A stretch of 64,000 nt of DNA from Hahella sp. (GTDB taxonomy: Bacteria > Pseudomonadota > Gammaproteobacteria > Pseudomonadales > Oleiphilaceae): positions 25,391-89,390 of the forward strand of contig JBNKWQ010000011.1 in assembly GCA_050299855.1 (NCBI GenBank), in the 5' to 3' direction. Within the stretch, counting starts at the first letter, position 1. Each line of letters opens with the position of its first letter. Below the pieces are notes generated by a model that searched no databases, was not told the DNA's origin, and saw nothing but the letters and a program-made list of their open reading frames with translations. The position numbers were made by a program, and so were the translations under genes. This document shows positions 50,615 to 59,394 of this stretch, one piece after another.

Positions 50615-51100
50615 CTAATCCAACGGCACAATCAACACCGGCACATCGGTTTGTTCCAGCACTTTCCGGGCAGTAGAGCCCAGCAACAGCTTTTTCAAAG
50701 TTCTGCGGTTCTGTGATCCCATGACAATCAGGTCGACATTCTTGGCATGGGCGGTATCCAGAATCAGCCTGGACGCATATTCTTCCTCGATAACAATATC
50801 GGCGAGTAGCTCACGGTGTTTTTCTTCTGCCACCATTTCCTCGATAAAGAAGTTATGGATTTTTTCGTGGAGCGATTTGATAAAGTTGGCCTTGCCTTCC
50901 TCCTTAATCTTTTTCAACATTTCCGGCGAAATCGTAGACTCTATCAATGCCTAGCTATATGCGCTCAGAGGATCGAGGGCATGCACCATAATCAACTCCG
51001 CCTGGTGCTGAAGCGCTAAACCGGCTGCCATCCGTGTCACCGCACGGGTTTCCTGTTCCAGGGTGGTAGCGAACAGTATCCTATTGATTTTCGTTATCAT
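50615..51100 (-). pseudogene. universal stress protein (UspA family) interrupted by an in-frame TAG
   Basis: ATG at 51100 with a GAGAGG SD. MITKINRILFATTLEQETRAVTRMAAGLALQHQAELIMVHALDPLSAYS-TAG(50951-50953)-ALIESTIS... continues in the same frame to the Usp C-terminal motif DLIVMGSQNRRTLKKLLLGSTARKVL. Confidence 0.6.
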
Positions 51101-51415
51101 GTGATCGCCTCTCAGGGGGGGAATTAAGCGAGTCTTCAGGCTAAGCCAATTCGCAAAGGCATTTAATCCTCCTTTAGCAGGAGGCTAGATAACTTTGCTT
51201 ATTGTCGATAGGACAGGTTGCCAAACAAGGCAGGCATAGGAATCCAAGCTTGCCGAATACCGGCGAAGGCGTTTACCCTGTAGCCAATCCTCGGGCTTGG
51301 ATAAGCACCCGCGGTTTATTCACATTTGCGTCCGAAGACAGTAGTCATACCGGCTCTGGAGCAAATGACAGGGTCGGGAATTTATCTTGCGATACTTAAT
51401 AACAACAAAACTCCT

Positions 51416-52063
51416 ATGAACCTCCAAATACTGATAGCAGATGATCACCCCTTGTTTCGCCGGGCGCTGGAAGACGCAATTCAGCAGTTAGACGGCAACA
51501 TCGATATTTATCACAGTGACAACTTCAATGACGCCCTTTCCCTACTGAGGGAAAATCCGGATATCGATCTGCTCCTGCTCGATTTAAAAATGCCGGGCAA
51601 CGATGGCTTGCTGGGGCTGATTCAGATTCGCCGCGAGTTCCCCGCTCTTGGGGTGGTCGTGGTCAGTGCCACCGAGGATCACCGCACTATTGCCAACGCT
51701 ATTCGGGAAGGAGCAATGGGCTATATTCCCAAGTCGACGCGATTTGAAAATATTCAGCGGGCAATAGGCGACGTCCTGAACGGCAAACGCTGGTTGCCAA
51801 AAGATGTGGCGGAAGAACTTAAAAGGTCACACCATCATGAACAGGACAACCACGCCATAGAAAAACTGGCAGAGCTGTCCCCTCAGCAATTGAAGGTGCT
51901 GACAATGATCAGCAAGGGCTATTTGAACAAACAGATTGCCGATGAACTCAACATCAAAGAGACCACGATTAAAACCCACGTGTCAGAAATTCTACGCAAA
52001 CTGAACATTAAAAATCGTACCCAGGCGGCTGTATTCAGCCAGTTTTTAGACGTGCCCGATTGA
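51416..52063 (+). CDS. NarL/FixJ (LuxR-type HTH) response regulator, CrbR/ErdR-like
   Basis: From the ATG at 51416: receiver ILIADDHPLF, DLLLLDLKMPG. C-terminal HTH LSPQQLKVLTMISKGYLNKQIADELNIKETTIKTHVSEILRKL. Confidence 0.85.
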   Translation: MNLQILIADDHPLFRRALEDAIQQLDGNIDIYHSDNFNDALSLLRENPDIDLLLLDLKMPGNDGLLGLIQIRREFPALGVVVVSATEDHRTIANAIREGAMGYIPKSTRFENIQRAIGDVLNGKRWLPKDVAEELKRSHHHEQDNHAIEKLAELSPQQLKVLTMISKGYLNKQIADELNIKETTIKTHVSEILRKLNIKNRTQAAVFSQFLDVPD

Positions 52064-55000
52064 CAGTGCTCATAATGACGGAGCGCAGGGCCAGGGGTTT
52101 CACCGGCTTTTTCAACAGAACATAACCGGCCTGCTGCACCGCCAAAGCGACTTCTTCCGTATAGTCCGCCGTAATCACAATACCGGGGGCCGGTGCCTCC
52201 TTGGTAAGTTGAGCCAATACCTCCAGCCCCGTCGTGTTGTTATCCAGATGATAGTCGACAACGTACAAATCCGGCCTCCGAGCGCCAATCCGGGCTAGTG
52301 CGCCCTGTATATCCAGAGCGGTAATCACCTCGTAGCCCCAGCCCTCCAACAGGGAAGCCATACCTTCCACTATTTGTACTTCGTTATCGATACACAGAAT
52401 CAATTGTCCTTGTGGATCATCCTGGGTTTGACCGGCGGATTCCGCCGGCAGGCTTTTCGTCTGATTCTTGCACAGAGGCAGTTCGATAGAGAAACTGGAC
52501 CCCTGTCCCGGCGTGGATTCCACTTGAATCCTGTGATTCAACAACTTACCCATGCGGCTGACAATCGCCAAACCCAGGCCGAGACCTTTATCCTGTTGGG
52601 TCAATTGATTGGGCAGCCGTTGAAACTCATCGAAAATACAGGTGATTTTATCAGGCTCGATACCTATCCCTGTATCCCGGACCCTAATATCAACCTGGTC
52701 GCCATGGGGTTGCACGATCAGACTGACACTTCCCTCAAGGGTATACCTGAATGCATTGCTCAACAGGTTTTGCAGGATGCGGCGTAGCATTGCGCTGTCG
52801 GAGCGTACATTGATATCCGGACAGGCCATGTCGAACTGCAACCGTTTTTCCTCGGCCACCACAGAAAATTCGGCCTGCAAGGACTCCAGGAGTGGCCTGA
52901 GAGGCATGCTGCGAATTTTTGGGTGGACGACATCAGAATCCAGTTTGGAAATTTCCAGTAGTTCCGCCAACAACGTCTCGGCACTTTCCAGGGACTGCTC
53001 CAGCTGGGAGGCAGTATCGATAAGATCCTGTTTTACCTCCTGACGTTCCATTTTGTGAATCAGTGAAGAGGTGAACAACGCCGCCGAGTTCAGCGGCTGT
53101 ACCAGATCGTGACCCGCCGCGGCCAGGAAGCGGGTTTTATTGGTGTTGGCTCTTTTCAGCTCCACATTGAGCTGGGTGAGTTCATGGGTTCGTCCACTCA
53201 CCTTTTCTTCCAACATCTCATTGGTTTGTTCCAACTGCTCTTCATATTGTCGCTGCTGGGTGATATCAGTAAAGGTGGTTATATACCCCCCATCCGGCAT
53301 GGGGTTCCCTTTAATCTCCAGTACCTGCCCATTGGGACGGCGTCTTTCAGTACGGTAGGGGTGTCCGCTGGCAAAGCGGGCCAGCCGCTTATTAACACTT
53401 TCTTCCATGTTTCCATCTCCGAACTCCCCCTGCTCCGCCCAATAGCGAATAAGCTGGGCTACAGGCTGACCGACTTGCAGCAGGCCATCCGGATAATTGA
53501 AGAAATGCTGATACTGTTTATTCCACGCCACGATATTCAAATCGCGGTCGATAATACTAATGCCTTGATCGATGCTCTGCAGTGCAGAATTGAGAATTTC
53601 GCGGCTGAACTGCAGCATGTGCGAAGCTTCATCCACTATGGTGGTCAAATTGCCCGCGTTCGGCGTTTGATGGGAGTGAAGTATGGAAGTCAGCATCAGC
53701 CGTGCTGCGGGAGTCCCGATCACCGAGCCCAATAGCCGCTCTGTGCGTTGCAGCACATGACTGTTGGCGGGTTGATCCGACAGCAGGCGGCCTGTTTGAG
53801 GGTTCGTAAAATCCTTAAATAGCGCCTTGGTTTTATCCTCCCTGACAAAATGCACCAATAGACTGCGAATATCGCCGATAGTTACCGTCGTTTCTGTCCG
53901 GGCAGGATGTGCCGCCAGACTCTCGTTCTCCACAAAGCGGGCGGCTTGCACTTGATCGACAAGTTTTTCGCGATAGCCGATGGACCCTAGAATCAGTCCG
54001 CCGGCATTGACCAGAAGTGACCAGATGGTACCGTGCACGATGGGGTCAATGCCCTTCAGACCAAATAACGCCTGCGGTTTGAGCATGGCAATGCCAAAGG
54101 GTCCCTGGAGGGTATCGCCGGATATGATGCCCGCCTGTGCCATCACCGGGATAACCAGGGTGTAAAACCATGTGAAGAATCCCAAACTGAGCCCGATCAA
54201 CGCGCCCCGGCGATTCAGCTTATTCCACCACAACCCCAGCAGTATTGCAGGAGCAAACTGCGCCACTGCCACCATGGACAGCATGCCGATAGCCACCAGT
54301 TCAGTGAATTCCGCCAAGAGCCGGAAATAGGCGTAGGCGGTCATTAAAATGACCACGATACTGATGCGCCGGAGCGTCAGAATACTGCGGCCCAGCTTTT
54401 CTGAATCAGGCTTCATCAGCCTAAGCTTGATCGCCAGAGGCATCAGCAGTTCATTGGATGCCATCGAACTTAAGGCAACCGTGGCGATAATTACCATGGA
54501 TGTCCCAGCGGAAAGTCCGCCCAAATAGCCAAACAGCGCCAACCAGTCGTAGCCTTCCTTCATCGGCAGCAGTAACGAAAAGTATGCTTTGTGCGGGTAA
54601 TCCACTCCAAAACTGAGCTGCCCCGCAAGCGCTACCGGCTGCACAAACAGGTTGATCAACAGCAAATAAAGCGGAAACAGCCACCGTGCCGTGGGAAGGT
54701 CTCTCTCGCTTTGGTTTTCCACCACCGCCACATGAAATTGCCTGGGCAAACAAAATATTGAAAACAATCCCAAAAGCATATGTACAAGATACACATAGGT
54801 ACTATCGAATTGGGTCAGTACGCGATTGATATCTGGTAACTTGAGCGAAGATTGCAGGATATCGGAAAAACCGGAATGCACGATTTCGACCGCAAAAATC
54901 CCCAATGCTAAAAAGGCGACCAGCTTAATGATGGACTCGAAGGCAATAACCTGTATCAAGCCCTTATGGTGTTCGCTGGTGTCGATGTGGCGGGTGCCGA

Positions 55001-55514
55001 ACATGATTGAAAAAACCGCCATGATCAGTGCCACGTACAAGCCCTGGTCCTGCCACCAGATAGTCGTTGTAGATGGGGTCGAGCTAAGCAGCGAAAATGA
55101 CACAGATACCGCTTTGAGCTGCAGGGCAATATAGGGGATAACGCCAACCATGGAGATCACCGTAATTAACACGGCGATAACGCGGGCATGGCCGTACCTG
55201 GCAGCCACGAAATCCGCCACTGTGGTCGTATTTTCCATCTTGCCTGTGCGAATCAAGCGCTCCAGAAAACGCCAGCCGAACAGAAACAGCAGGATAACAC
55301 CAATGTGCAGGGGGGAAATCCACCAGCCGGTGTGAGAGAACTGTTCCACCGTGCCATAAAATGTCCAGCTGGTGCAGTAGGTTCCCAGACTCAAGGCATA
55401 GATAGCGGGTTGCAGGCGCGGACTGATTCTGCCCTGATCTCCACGTCGGGCAATCCAAAACAGGAAGCCGATATAAATGAGGGAAAAAAATATAATCCAC
55501 TCAGGTGTTAGCAT
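52035..55514 (-). CDS. hybrid sensor kinase with N-terminal sodium:solute-symporter-like domain (CrbS/MxtR/CbrA type)
   Basis: 1159 aa with a ~500-aa polytopic SSS-like N-terminus, a PAS region, H-box AAGHDLVQPLNS, DTGIGI/GLGLGLAIV ATPase boxes and a C-terminal receiver (LYVVDYHLD). Confidence 0.85.
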   Translation of the reverse strand: MLTPEWIIFFSLIYIGFLFWIARRGDQGRISPRLQPAIYALSLGTYCTSWTFYGTVEQFSHTGWWISPLHIGVILLFLFGWRFLERLIRTGKMENTTTVADFVAARYGHARVIAVLITVISMVGVIPYIALQLKAVSVSFSLLSSTPSTTTIWWQDQGLYVALIMAVFSIMFGTRHIDTSEHHKGLIQVIAFESIIKLVAFLALGIFAVEIVHSGFSDILQSSLKLPDINRVLTQFDSTYVYLVHMLLGLFSIFCLPRQFHVAVVENQSERDLPTARWLFPLYLLLINLFVQPVALAGQLSFGVDYPHKAYFSLLLPMKEGYDWLALFGYLGGLSAGTSMVIIATVALSSMASNELLMPLAIKLRLMKPDSEKLGRSILTLRRISIVVILMTAYAYFRLLAEFTELVAIGMLSMVAVAQFAPAILLGLWWNKLNRRGALIGLSLGFFTWFYTLVIPVMAQAGIISGDTLQGPFGIAMLKPQALFGLKGIDPIVHGTIWSLLVNAGGLILGSIGYREKLVDQVQAARFVENESLAAHPARTETTVTIGDIRSLLVHFVREDKTKALFKDFTNPQTGRLLSDQPANSHVLQRTERLLGSVIGTPAARLMLTSILHSHQTPNAGNLTTIVDEASHMLQFSREILNSALQSIDQGISIIDRDLNIVAWNKQYQHFFNYPDGLLQVGQPVAQLIRYWAEQGEFGDGNMEESVNKRLARFASGHPYRTERRRPNGQVLEIKGNPMPDGGYITTFTDITQQRQYEEQLEQTNEMLEEKVSGRTHELTQLNVELKRANTNKTRFLAAAGHDLVQPLNSAALFTSSLIHKMERQEVKQDLIDTASQLEQSLESAETLLAELLEISKLDSDVVHPKIRSMPLRPLLESLQAEFSVVAEEKRLQFDMACPDINVRSDSAMLRRILQNLLSNAFRYTLEGSVSLIVQPHGDQVDIRVRDTGIGIEPDKITCIFDEFQRLPNQLTQQDKGLGLGLAIVSRMGKLLNHRIQVESTPGQGSSFSIELPLCKNQTKSLPAESAGQTQDDPQGQLILCIDNEVQIVEGMASLLEGWGYEVITALDIQGALARIGARRPDLYVVDYHLDNNTTGLEVLAQLTKEAPAPGIVITADYTEEVALAVQQAGYVLLKKPVKPLALRSVIMSTVNRARLKTG

Positions 55515-55534
55515 GGTCTGGCTTATCCAATGGT

Positions 55535-57154
55535 TTATTTAATCCAGAGTTGCTGGTAATCCTTACGCAATTCCACCTTGCGCAGCTTGCCGGTGCCAGT
55601 ATGCGGGAGATCATCGACAACGATAATCTCATCCGGCAGCCACCATTTCGCCACCTTACTGGCCAACAATTCCCGTAACCTGGCTTCACTATACTTTTGC
55701 GGGTCTCTTAAGGTCACCAGCATCAATGGCCGTTCGTCCCATTTGGGGTGCGGCACGCCGATCACGCAGGCTTCATTGACAGTATCATCATGCAGGGCGG
55801 CGTTTTCCAAATCCACGGAGCTGATCCATTCGCCACCAGACTTGATGACATCTTTACTGCGGTCCACGATCTTTAGGTAACCTTGGGAATCGATGACTGC
55901 GACATCGCCGGTATCGAACCAGCCATTGTGAAATTTGTCCGTCCCCTCCCCTTTATAATAGCCTGCTAACACCCACGGCCCCTTCACTTTAAGAGTCCCG
56001 CTGGCTTGTCCATCGTGTGGCAGGGGGACTCCCTGATCGTCAAAGATTTCAATTTGAACGCCGAACATGGGTTTGCCTGCACTGGCTTGAATGCGGGTCC
56101 TCTCGTCCTCTGACAGTTTGGCCATGGCAGGTGAGGGAATTGCGGCAGTGGCCAATGGGCTGGTTTCCGTCATTCCCCAAATTCCCATCCAGTAAACCCC
56201 GTAGTGCTTGCGATAGATTTCAACCAGAGCCTTCGGGGATGCCGCGCCGCCAACCCCCAGTAATGTCAATGCATCGATTTTCTTACCGGACTCCATCAGA
56301 TAGTTATGCAGATTTAGCCATACAGTAGGCACGCCATAGGCCTTGGTAATACCTTCATTTTCGATTAGTTCCTGCAAAGCCTCTCCATCCAGGCGCGGGC
56401 CCGGCAGCACCAACTTGGCACCATAGAGCAATCCTGAATAAGGAATCCCCCACGCCCAAACGTGGTACATGGGCACCGCAGGCATAACCACTGCGGACTC
56501 GTTTAAATCAAGATATTGGGCACTACCGCTCATCATGGCATGCAGGACAGTGGAGCGATGGCTGTATAGCACACCTTTCGGATTGCCGGTGGTACCGGAG
56601 GTATAACACAACCCGCTGGCTTGATGCTCATCCGGCTCCGGCCAGGCGTAGGTGTCATCCTCCCCGTTTAACAGGGTTTCATAACAGTGCAGATTCTCAA
56701 GTGACGAGTCCGGCATTTCAGAGGCATCGCAATTAACGATAAAGGCCTGTACGCCGCCTAATTGACCACGAATTTGCTCAAGCAAAGGGACGAACTGGGG
56801 GTCGACGAAAACCAGACAGTCTTCGGCATGATTAACAATCCAGGCAATTTGCTCAGCAAACAAACGGGCGTTCAAGGTGTGTATCACACCTCCTGTCCCC
56901 GGAACCGCATAATAAAGTTCCAGATGCCGGTAATTATTCCAGGCCAGAGTCGCCACACTGTCACCGGGCTTTACGCCCAGTTTGATGAGCGCATTCGCCA
57001 ACTTCTGAATTCTTTGGTAGGCCTCCCGATAACTATAGCGATGAACCCGGTCTTCATTAACGCGGCTGACAATCTGCTGGTCCGGATAACGGGACACTGC
57101 CGACAGCAAGATATCTTTAATCAACAGAGGCGTTTTCATCATATTGCCATTCAT
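55535..57154 (-). CDS. AMP-forming acyl-CoA synthetase (fatty-acid-CoA ligase family)
   Basis: AMP-binding motif YTSGTTGNPKGV, later GWFDTGD and a terminal GKLRK. The ATG at 57154 is preceded by GGGAG. The track start TTG at 57178 is also possible. Confidence 0.85.
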   Translation of the reverse strand: MNGNMMKTPLLIKDILLSAVSRYPDQQIVSRVNEDRVHRYSYREAYQRIQKLANALIKLGVKPGDSVATLAWNNYRHLELYYAVPGTGGVIHTLNARLFAEQIAWIVNHAEDCLVFVDPQFVPLLEQIRGQLGGVQAFIVNCDASEMPDSSLENLHCYETLLNGEDDTYAWPEPDEHQASGLCYTSGTTGNPKGVLYSHRSTVLHAMMSGSAQYLDLNESAVVMPAVPMYHVWAWGIPYSGLLYGAKLVLPGPRLDGEALQELIENEGITKAYGVPTVWLNLHNYLMESGKKIDALTLLGVGGAASPKALVEIYRKHYGVYWMGIWGMTETSPLATAAIPSPAMAKLSEDERTRIQASAGKPMFGVQIEIFDDQGVPLPHDGQASGTLKVKGPWVLAGYYKGEGTDKFHNGWFDTGDVAVIDSQGYLKIVDRSKDVIKSGGEWISSVDLENAALHDDTVNEACVIGVPHPKWDERPLMLVTLRDPQKYSEARLRELLASKVAKWWLPDEIIVVDDLPHTGTGKLRKVELRKDYQQLWIK

Positions 57155-57229
57155 CACCACTGGCTCCCGTTTCAGCAAGGCCTTAGCTTCACACTGACTA
57201 ATTCAGAATATCCAACATTAATCCCAAGC

Positions 57230-57324
57230 TTAGTACTTAATTCCAAACCAAGTACTTAATTCCAAACCAAGTACCTAATTCCAAACCAAGTACTTAATTC
57301 CAAACCAAGCACTTAATTCCAAAC
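57230..57324. repeat. tandem repeat, 5 copies of a 19-bp unit (CAAGTACTTAATTCCAAAC)
   Basis: Head-to-tail units at 57230-57248, 57249-57267, 57268-57286, 57287-57305 and 57306-57324, with single-base variants. They lie in the divergent intergenic region between the acyl-CoA synthetase and TRAP genes. Confidence 0.9.
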
Positions 57325-57576
57325 ATAAGTATGGGCCGCAATCAAAGACCAAGATCATGGAACAAAATGTAGGCGGTTTTGTTAGACATCCCCATCCTCC
57401 TTTCGAAGGAGGGTGTATCAATATTGTTCTCTCTAGAATGAAAGCATCTTGGTGATGACCTATCAGCTTGGTATTAAAAATCAAAACGGAACGAATATCT
57501 GTTTTGACACTGGATGGATAGCACTGAGAGCCCCTTCAATTTATACGCAACAAAAATAAGACCCTAGGAGGAACAC

Positions 57577-58656
57577 ATGCAAACGTCACTTCGATCCAGA
57601 TTTATGGTCTCAATAGCAGCGGTCGCTATCAGCGCCGGTGTCGGCCTTACGCACGCTGCGGACGATGTAAAACCCGTCTTATTGAAGACCCCTGTCGCTT
57701 TCGGTACGCACCTTCCCGCCCTGGGCACACCGATCAAATGGGTTTCCGAAGAGCTCCCCGATATTTCCAACGGCAACCTCAAAATGAAAGTGTATGAGCC
57801 CGGTAAGCTTGTCGCCCCCTTTGAAATACTGGACGCGGTATCCTCCGGGAAAGTTAATTCGGGCTATACCACCGCTGGTTACTGGGCGGGCAAAATCCCG
57901 GCCGCATCACTGTTCTCAGCAGTTCCTTTCGGGCCGGAAGCACCGGAATACATGGCCTGGCTTTACTACGGACACGGTAATGAGCTTTACCAGGAGATGT
58001 ACGATACAGCGGGCTACAACGTTAAAGTCCTGCCCTGTGCCATTATTTCTCCGGAAACCTCCGGTTGGTTCAAAAAAGAGATCGACTCTGTCGATGACCT
58101 TAAAGGCCTGAATATGCGGTTCTTCGGCCTGGGTGGAGAAGTGATGCAAAAACTGGGGGTTTCCACCTCCCTGTTGCCCGGTGGAGAAATCTTCGGTGCC
58201 CTGGAAAAAGGTGCCATCGACGCCACCGAATTCTCTCAGCCCGCCATCGATGAACGCCTGGGGTTCTACAAAATCGCCAAGTTCAACTATTTTCCCGGTT
58301 GGCATCAACAGGCGACCATCTTTGAGTTGTTGATCAATAAGGATACCTGGAACGGTATGCATAAAAGCCAGCAGGTACAAATGGAAGCCACTTGTATGGC
58401 CTCTATCACCAACTCAATCGCCGAATCCGAGGCGATGCAATTCGATGCCATGATCAAAAACGAGAAAGAACGTGGCGTGACCACCAAAACCTGGGATCCG
58501 AAGATGCTGAGTACTTTCGAGAGTGCCTGGGATGAAGTGGCGAAGGAGCAGTCCGCCAGGGATCCTATGTTCAAAAAAGTATACGACGATCTCGCTACTT
58601 TCCGGGAAAACTACAAGGTTTGGTCTACAAAAGCCTTCCTGCCACGCGGCAGCTGA
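57577..58656 (+). CDS. TRAP transporter substrate-binding protein (DctP family)
   Basis: 359 aa with an AGGAGG SD and a signal peptide. It is followed by small and large TRAP permease genes. Confidence 0.8.
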   Translation: MQTSLRSRFMVSIAAVAISAGVGLTHAADDVKPVLLKTPVAFGTHLPALGTPIKWVSEELPDISNGNLKMKVYEPGKLVAPFEILDAVSSGKVNSGYTTAGYWAGKIPAASLFSAVPFGPEAPEYMAWLYYGHGNELYQEMYDTAGYNVKVLPCAIISPETSGWFKKEIDSVDDLKGLNMRFFGLGGEVMQKLGVSTSLLPGGEIFGALEKGAIDATEFSQPAIDERLGFYKIAKFNYFPGWHQQATIFELLINKDTWNGMHKSQQVQMEATCMASITNSIAESEAMQFDAMIKNEKERGVTTKTWDPKMLSTFESAWDEVAKEQSARDPMFKKVYDDLATFRENYKVWSTKAFLPRGS

Positions 58657-58661
58657 GCTTA

Positions 58662-58725
58662 GTTAGTACCCGTCCATAAACACCCGATTATAGACGGGTA
58701 CTAACGTGGCACAGGGAAGTGCCAC
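58662..58725 (+). other. two intercistronic stem-loops between the TRAP SBP and permease genes
   Basis: GTTAGTACCCGTC-N18-GACGGGTACTAAC (13-bp perfect stem) is followed immediately by GTGGCAC-N6-GTGCCAC. There is no T-run. Confidence 0.6.
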
Positions 58726-58785
58726 CAAAATTAATGGTGTAAACCATTGACCTTGCGGCTTCCATAAGCGGCCGGGAGTCCGTTT

Positions 58786-59394
58786 ATGGATGAAGACTAT
58801 TTAGTCCCGCTTATCCGGAAAAAACTGAAGAAAATCGTTTGGAGCAATCGAATGAATATTGGCACGCACGAGGATCAGATACCCGTTCCCATTGCCGATC
58901 AAATTGATCGTTTTATTATATGGATCGGTCAAGCCGTGGCTTGGGTCTACTTATTACTGGTGCTGATCATTATTACCCAAGTCATCCTCAGAAAAGGATT
59001 TTCCGGAGGCTTGATTGTACTGGAGGAGTCGGAATGGCACCTCTATGCCATTGGCTTCATGATCGGCCTTTCCTATTGCCAGGCTCGCAACACCCATGTG
59101 CGGGTCGATCTGTTTGCCAGTCGGTTTTCTTCCAAGACCCAACGCATCATCGAAATTCTTGGGCTGAGTCTGTTGGTTCTCCCCTTTGTCTATGTGGTGG
59201 TGTATCACAGCATAGATTTTGTCTACGACTCCTGGCGCACCGGCGAAAGCTCCGACGCCCCAGCGGGTCTACCCCATCGCTTTCTCATTAAATCAGTGAT
59301 TCCAATCGCCTTTAGCCTCTTAGGATTGTCGGTACTTTCCCGCATATTCCGAGACACCTGGTTGCTGGTCAGGGAGTTTCGACATGGAAACTAA
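58786..59394 (+). CDS. TRAP transporter small permease (DctQ-like)
   Basis: 4 TM helices. It overlaps the large permease gene by 11 nt. An alternative start is the ATG at 58852. Confidence 0.75.
   Translation: MDEDYLVPLIRKKLKKIVWSNRMNIGTHEDQIPVPIADQIDRFIIWIGQAVAWVYLLLVLIIITQVILRKGFSGGLIVLEESEWHLYAIGFMIGLSYCQARNTHVRVDLFASRFSSKTQRIIEILGLSLLVLPFVYVVVYHSIDFVYDSWRTGESSDAPAGLPHRFLIKSVIPIAFSLLGLSVLSRIFRDTWLLVREFRHGN

Noticed and set aside
57230-57324. Possible CRISPR array, because of regularly repeated short units
   Set aside because: The units are directly adjacent with no spacers, are only 19 bp long and are not palindromic. No cas genes are present in the window. It is a simple tandem repeat.
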